Below are positions 25,456 to 30,148 of a stretch of DNA of 30,148 nucleotides, piece after piece (position 1 is the stretch's first letter; each line of letters starts with the position of its first letter). Source of the DNA: Chlamydiia bacterium (GTDB lineage: Bacteria > Chlamydiota > Chlamydiia > Chlamydiales > JBMOFD01). The position numbers were made by a program, and so were the translations under genes. The notes under the pieces are model-generated. The model was given only the letters and a program-made list of their open reading frames with translations. It was not told the origin of the DNA and searched no databases. The DNA lies in NCBI GenBank assembly GCA_049314435.1, contig JBMOFD010000014.1, positions 1-30,148 of the forward strand. The letters are read 5' to 3'.

Positions 25456-25495
25456 CATACGCAAGGCTCTCGCCTCACTGGTTCTTACGAGATCC

Positions 25496-25547
25496 TGGAG
25501 CTCCGCTCCAAACCTCAGCCAGAGGATAAACTCCTCCGGACCACCTA
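25496..25547. repeat. Dispersed two-hairpin (REP-like) element, copy B
   Basis: TGGAGC-tcc-GCTCCA...CCAGAGGA-taaac-TCCTCCGG-ACCACCTA, homologous to 21540-21591. Confidence 0.8.
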
Positions 25548-25562
25548 GTATTACGACGCCAA

Positions 25563-25814
25563 CTAGACGACTGGCACGACCGAGATCATGCTACGCACAC
25601 CACGACGGAACATCACCAAGCCATCTGCCACAGCAAATAGCGAGTCGTCGCTTCCGCGACGCACGTTGGTCGCTGGATGGAACTTCGTCCCACGCTGGCG
25701 AACAAGAATGCTCCCCGATGTGACGAATTGTCCCTGAGTCACCTTCACTCCCAAACGCTGCGAGTGAGAGTCACGTCCGTTCCTGCTGGAACCCGCACCT
25801 TTCTTATGAGCCAT
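25563..25814 (-). CDS. rpmA: 50S ribosomal protein L27
   Basis: [24 protein letters not shown]...[14 protein letters not shown]. Confidence 0.99.
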   Translation of the reverse strand: MAHKKGAGSSRNGRDSHSQRLGVKVTQGQFVTSGSILVRQRGTKFHPATNVRRGSDDSLFAVADGLVMFRRGVRSMISVVPVV

Positions 25815-25826
25815 TTCGGTTTCCCC

Positions 25827-26144
25827 TTAGATTCCTGCAATTTCCGTGATCTGCACACGCAGGTAATCTTGACGATGCCCTACTTTGCGACGCTGGTTCT
25901 TACGTTTTTTATACTTGTAGGCGATGACTTTAGGCCCACGAACGGAACGCTGTAGTTGTCCGCGAACCATCGCACCTGCCACAAAAGGAGCCCCTACACG
26001 GCAAGATCCCTCTGCGCCTTGGATCAACAGAACTTTAGAAAATTCTACTAGACCACTCTCCGGCACATCGAGAAGCTCGACATCCAAGACATCTCCTTGC
26101 TCAACCCGGTACTGCTTCCCACCGGTCTCAATGATTGCGTACAT
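25827..26144 (-). CDS. rplU: 50S ribosomal protein L21
   Basis: MYAIIETGGKQYRVEQGD...KYKKRKNQRRKVGHRQDY. Confidence 0.99.
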   Translation of the reverse strand: MYAIIETGGKQYRVEQGDVLDVELLDVPESGLVEFSKVLLIQGAEGSCRVGAPFVAGAMVRGQLQRSVRGPKVIAYKYKKRKNQRRKVGHRQDYLRVQITEIAGI

Positions 26145-26214
26145 TCATCCTCCGAGATGACGGCGGCCACACGGCACTGCTCCATTACGGACCTATTCGC
26201 CCGAATGGCCCGCC

Positions 26215-26244
26215 ATTTTACGTGGAAGACTGCTCTCGGGTCAA
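26215..26244 (-). promoter_or_regulatory. Putative sigma70/sigma66 promoter of rplU-rpmA-obgE
   Basis: Minus strand TTGACC (26244-26239), 18-nt spacer, TAAAAT (26220-26215), followed by a GC-rich discriminator GGCGGG. Confidence 0.6.
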
Positions 26245-26274
26245 TGACTACCGGCGCCAAGATTTTATTTAAAT

Positions 26275-26347
<73 letters not shown>

Positions 26348-26452
26348 ATAAGCGGAAACGCCAGGCTACCTGACAACCACTGAACCTCTGCTCGGACGCA
26401 ACAACCTGATGATCGTTACTTCCGTACCTAGATTCGGTGCATGACGTCGCCG

Positions 26453-26481
26453 ATGATAACGTGCTCTTTGGATTCGGTCAA
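26453..26481 (-). promoter_or_regulatory. Putative sigma70/sigma66 promoter of tRNA-Phe
   Basis: Minus strand TTGACC (26481-26476), 17-nt spacer, TATCAT (26458-26453), GC-rich discriminator CGGCG. Confidence 0.65.
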
Positions 26482-26597
26482 TGTAGGCAATCAAGCGATC
26501 TCTTGGATGGCGGAGAGTTCAAACAGCCACAGTGGAGACGGCTAGAATGAGTCCTATGGGCCATTTTGGAGGATGGGCGATGATCGCTACACCACGA

Positions 26598-27209
26598 CTA
26601 ATTGTCGTCGTAGGTGTCGCTTCCCCGCTCCACGCTGAGGATCTGAGCCGGCACTCTCACCACATCAACGTGATTGTCTCGGAATTGGCTCTCAAGGCCA
26701 TGAGGATTCAAGATGACCATGGCGGAAGATGTGACCACATGCCCTTTTGCGTTCACCGAAGTGATTTGATATCGCACTTCAAGTGGTTTTCCGTTCTGCG
26801 CTTTTAGGGTGTCCCAGAGAAGGCTCGTTGCCTGGGCTCCCTCATGCCGGAGGACATATACCTGATGCAGTCCAGTGTCGGTTGAGGCCAGCGAAACATC
26901 GGTCGGCATCAGAAGCATTGAACCAGGCAGCATTGTCTGCTGCACACCGGGGATCGTATAGGGAACCATGTAGCATTCGACACTTCCATCATGGGCTGTA
27001 TTCACGGTCCGCTTGGGCTGCTCTTGAAGGCTCGACTGAAAGCTCTCGAGGGCAATCTTGCTGGGCTGCTCGCCATTGTCCATGACCCCCATGACTAAGG
27101 TCGTCGAGAGAGGAAAATTCTGCGCCTGCCCAGCAGGGGCCATGCCTATTCCCAGACTGAACAGAGCTAATGGATAGACCAGGTGGGTCCATGATTTCCT
27201 GTTGCCCAT
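26598..27209 (-). CDS. Hypothetical secreted protein (203 aa)
   Basis: GGAGG RBS, signal peptide ...YPLALFSLGIGMAPAGQA|QNF, beta-rich body with no recognised family. Confidence 0.72.
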   Translation of the reverse strand: MGNRKSWTHLVYPLALFSLGIGMAPAGQAQNFPLSTTLVMGVMDNGEQPSKIALESFQSSLQEQPKRTVNTAHDGSVECYMVPYTIPGVQQTMLPGSMLLMPTDVSLASTDTGLHQVYVLRHEGAQATSLLWDTLKAQNGKPLEVRYQITSVNAKGHVVTSSAMVILNPHGLESQFRDNHVDVVRVPAQILSVERGSDTYDDN

Positions 27210-27349
27210 GCTTGCCTCCAGCTAACTCATTCCCTTGTACTCTTCTCTCGCTCCGAATCAAGATGATTTTTTAATCGTGACTCCGGTCGGCCGATTGTCT
27301 TAGAGCTGCTATTCTCTCTGGCCAACTAAGGCAAACGACGGCTGGTCCT

Positions 27350-28561
27350 ATGCATCCACATACCATTACGATCCTGGGCGGGGGCGCCGCCGGCTTTTTT
27401 GCGGCGGTCATCGCCAAGGAGGCCCACCCGACTGCCCGCGTAACCATCCTTGAGAAGACCGCCCAACTGCTTGGCAAGGTGCGGATCTCAGGAGGCGGTC
27501 GTTGCAATGTGACCCATGCTTGTTTTGATCCCAAAGAGCTCGTTAAAAACTATCCCCGTGGACACAAGGAACTCTTGGGGCCGTTTCATCGGTTTCAGCC
27601 GCGTGACACGATGGAGTGGTTCGAGTCTAGAGGTGTACGGTTAAAGGCGGAGGAGGATGGGCGAGTCTTTCCTCGCAGCGACTCATCAGAGACGATCATC
27701 CAGTGCCTGATGCAGGAAGCTGCTTCATTGGGCGTCATCATCCGGACTCAGACGGACATCCAGAGCATCGCTCGAGAAGAAGAGGGCTTTGTTCTGACAG
27801 GCAAAACAGATCGGATCGTCACCGATCGACTCATCTTGGCAACCGGAAATAGCCGCATCGGCCATCAATGGGCCCAAGGCCTCGGCCATACGATCCAATC
27901 AGCAGTTCCCTCCCTATTCACGTTCAATTGCCCTCCTTTTGGGCTGACTGATCTGGCTGGAATCGCCGTCCCTCATGCCGTTGCCTCTCTGCAAGGACGT
28001 CGCCTCAAGCAGAGCGGCCCTCTTCTCATCACCCACTGGGGATTCAGCGGACCTGCAGCCCTCAAGCTCTCCGCCTGGGAAGCTCGCTATCTCGCCGAAC
28101 AGAACTACAAGGTAGGTCTGACGATCTGCTGGGTCGGTGAACGAGCTAAAGATGAGATCCTGCAATGGCTCCAGGAAAACAAACATCATTACCCCTCTCA
28201 GTCGCTCTACAACCACCCCTACTTCGACATCCCCAAGAACCTCTGGAATCGACTTCTAGAACGATCGCGTGTGCCCGATGGCCCCTTGGCTATGCTGCGC
28301 AATGAAGAGCTGGGGCGCTTCGCTGAGACCCTTACGCAGGACCTCTATCAGGTCGATGGTAAGACGACTCACAAAGCGGAGTTTGTCACCTGTGGCGGCG
28401 TCACGCTTTCAGAAGTCCATTTTCAGACGATGGAGAGCCGTCTCTGCCCGGGGCTATTCTTCGTAGGGGAAATCCTCGACATCGACGGCGTCACAGGTGG
28501 CTTCAATTTCCAGAATGCGTGGACTACGGGGTTTCTAGCGGGAACGGCATCTGGAAAATAG
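27350..28561 (+). CDS. HI0933/YhiN/BaiN-family NAD(P)/FAD-dependent oxidoreductase
   Basis: ILGGGAAGFFAA, GKVRISGGGRCNVTH, EEDGRVFP, GPLLITHWGFSGPAAL, AEFVTCGGV and GEILDIDGVTGGFNFQNAWTTG. Confidence 0.95.
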   Translation: MHPHTITILGGGAAGFFAAVIAKEAHPTARVTILEKTAQLLGKVRISGGGRCNVTHACFDPKELVKNYPRGHKELLGPFHRFQPRDTMEWFESRGVRLKAEEDGRVFPRSDSSETIIQCLMQEAASLGVIIRTQTDIQSIAREEEGFVLTGKTDRIVTDRLILATGNSRIGHQWAQGLGHTIQSAVPSLFTFNCPPFGLTDLAGIAVPHAVASLQGRRLKQSGPLLITHWGFSGPAALKLSAWEARYLAEQNYKVGLTICWVGERAKDEILQWLQENKHHYPSQSLYNHPYFDIPKNLWNRLLERSRVPDGPLAMLRNEELGRFAETLTQDLYQVDGKTTHKAEFVTCGGVTLSEVHFQTMESRLCPGLFFVGEILDIDGVTGGFNFQNAWTTGFLAGTASGK

Positions 28562-28588
28562 CCATTCGATTGGACAAAATAGGGGGTC

Positions 28589-28612
28589 AAAATCGCCATC
28601 GGAATGGCGATT
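28589..28612 (-). terminator. Possible terminator hairpin between convergent genes
   Basis: AATCGCCAT-cgga-ATGGCGATT, a 9-bp stem with only a short T-run on the minus strand. Confidence 0.45.
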
Positions 28613-28637
28613 ATCCGCGGTTCCCCAGTGCGGGCCG

Positions 28638-29258
28638 TCACGCTTGTGACGAACTTGTCCCCTCGGATGCAGGCTTCAGTAGGTCAGCCACTACGCGCGC
28701 TGTTCGCAAATCGATCGTAAGAACAGGTCTCTCTTTGCCTGCGATCATTTCCTTGTCCTCTCGTACAGGGGCCTGCAGGCACTTTTTGAGAAACGAGGTC
28801 CACAATGGTTTCATTATGACCCAGGTCTCCGCCAAAAGACCGTCTATTGTTGGCGTGTGCTGAGCACTCTCGTGAGGAAGCATCATTCCAAACCTCGAGT
28901 GGGTCACCATCACTTGATCGATCTGATCGCCCAATCGCTGAAACGCCTCCACCAGATGCTCTCGAGAATCCAGACCCGTTCGCCACCGGTTACGCCCATG
29001 GTCGTAGCTGAATTCGACCAATTCAAGAGTCTCGGCTTTAGCTGATTGACTCTGCTCGAGCGCCCTTTGAAAATATACCCAAAAGCCATGGGAACACTCG
29101 TCGCCAGTCGCAAATTTGCTCTGTAAGACGTGTTTTAGATCACAGCTCTGCGACAACCATGCACGGCCATTCCGACTGACTTGAGCATCAGGCAGCAGAT
29201 GACGACAGAACATGTCCTCTAAGCTGTGACATGAGACGTTTGGCAGATTGGCAATCAT
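28638..29258 (-). CDS. Hypothetical protein (206 aa)
   Basis: ORF with a GAGG RBS that fills the gap between the flavoprotein and Nudix genes. No motif recognised. Confidence 0.6.
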   Translation of the reverse strand: MIANLPNVSCHSLEDMFCRHLLPDAQVSRNGRAWLSQSCDLKHVLQSKFATGDECSHGFWVYFQRALEQSQSAKAETLELVEFSYDHGRNRWRTGLDSREHLVEAFQRLGDQIDQVMVTHSRFGMMLPHESAQHTPTIDGLLAETWVIMKPLWTSFLKKCLQAPVREDKEMIAGKERPVLTIDLRTARVVADLLKPASEGTSSSQA

Positions 29259-29395
29259 GGGGCCTCAATGAATGATTGGCCCGGTAGGTTGCCTACAACT
29301 ACCTCTACGAGCAAGCGCAAAGTACTGGTCGTTCCGACGGTGTCTACCAGTCACGTTTTCCTGTAAGATCTTGGAACAAGGTCGTCCCCGACCTC

Positions 29396-29911
29396 ATGAA
29401 CGAAGAGATGTTCAGTATGTCGCTTTCTCCGAATCCATCTGACCTGCAGGTCTTCACCGCCGCTCCAGAGGACTTTCAATCTGCCATCAGCGTCTCTGCC
29501 TGCTATCTATGGGCCAAAGACCTCGTCCTCATGCTCAAGCGATCGCCCGGCAAGTACCAGGGGGATCGTTGGGGAGTCCCTGCTGGGAAGATCGAGCCTG
29601 GTGAAGCGCCTCTCGCTGCCGCCTGTCGGGAGCTGCAGGAGGAGACGGGTATTGTGGCCGACCCGACACAGATGAAGTTCCTGACGACGATCTGGATGCG
29701 CAGACCGGAGGTCGAATATGTCTATCATGTGTTCGAACTCCAGGCGGATAGGCCTCTCGAGGTATGCCTGAATCATGAGCACCAGGATTTCTGCTGGGCT
29801 ACCGAAGAAGATCTCCAGAAATTGCCGCTGATGATCGGAGCCCAAGAGGGCCTGGATGCATATCGGGTGGCCACTCAGGCGACTGGATCTCCGTCCATCG
29901 GTCAGCCGTAG
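29396..29911 (+). CDS. Nudix hydrolase
   Basis: Nudix box GKIEPGEAPLAAACRELQEETGI (GX5EX7REUXEEXGU), plus WGVPAG and LNHEHQDFCW. Confidence 0.92.
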   Translation: MNEEMFSMSLSPNPSDLQVFTAAPEDFQSAISVSACYLWAKDLVLMLKRSPGKYQGDRWGVPAGKIEPGEAPLAAACRELQEETGIVADPTQMKFLTTIWMRRPEVEYVYHVFELQADRPLEVCLNHEHQDFCWATEEDLQKLPLMIGAQEGLDAYRVATQATGSPSIGQP

Positions 29912-29926
29912 GGAGGGGGTCCTCTC

Positions 29927-30148
29927 CTAGATGGCGCGCTGCAGTTGTTCGACGACGTAGGAGTTCAGGAAGGGGTCTTTTCAGGGACCTCTCCGCGCTC
30001 TTTGCACCACGCCACATAGTCATCAACCGAATCCCTAAAAGCCTTTTCCAGGTCGGCGACGCTCTTCGCCTGAAACGTGATCACGTCGCGAAGTCCTACG
30101 AGCTCTCCGTGAAAAATCTTTGCGTCATCGTCGTATACGACATGACCC
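29927..30148 (-). pseudogene. hicB: HicB-family antitoxin, 5' end outside the window; truncated by an internal deletion/frameshift
   Basis: Hand translation ...GHVVYDDDAKIFHGELVGLRDVITFQAKSVADLEKAFRDSVDDYVAWCKERGEVPEKTPS* (stop 29967-29965). The HicB tail LNSYVVEQLQRAI* follows in a shifted frame (29968-29927). Not in the ORF track. Confidence 0.82.

Noticed and set aside
26145..26210. L21 leader RNA upstream of rplU
   Set aside because: The leader is GC-rich but shows no recognisable match. An Rfam scan would be needed.
29799..30026. 75-aa minus-strand ORF in the track
   Set aside because: It is out of frame with HicB and overlaps the Nudix gene. The HicB reading explains this region.

Overview
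Bacterial chromosomal segment, most likely from an environmental, relatively GC-rich member of the phylum Chlamydiota. The inference rests on chlamydia-type gene blocks: efp/amn, tatD-dsbD-tolQRAB-pal-LysM, and Zn/Mn ABC transporter-obgE-rpmA-rplU-tRNA-Phe. Most of the window is housekeeping: epmA (partial, missed by the ORF track), efp, amn, tatD, exoD, dsbD, Tol-Pal, murI, an OmpR-family regulator, an EamA transporter, rsmD, a large MORN-repeat protein, ZnuACB-like genes, obgE, L27/L21, tRNA-Phe, a YhiN-like flavoprotein and a Nudix hydrolase. The most notable features are four. (i) An accessory ATPase-wHTH-PD-(D/E)xK gene is preceded by a 50-bp perfect palindrome that spells a symmetric two-way sigma70-type promoter, plus a third copy of part of the arm. 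(ii) A ~51-bp two-hairpin repeat occurs twice, with a compensatory base change. (iii) There are two further long perfect palindromes. (iv) A HicB antitoxin has lost its DNA-binding domain through an internal deletion. No CRISPR array, transposase or integrase was seen.
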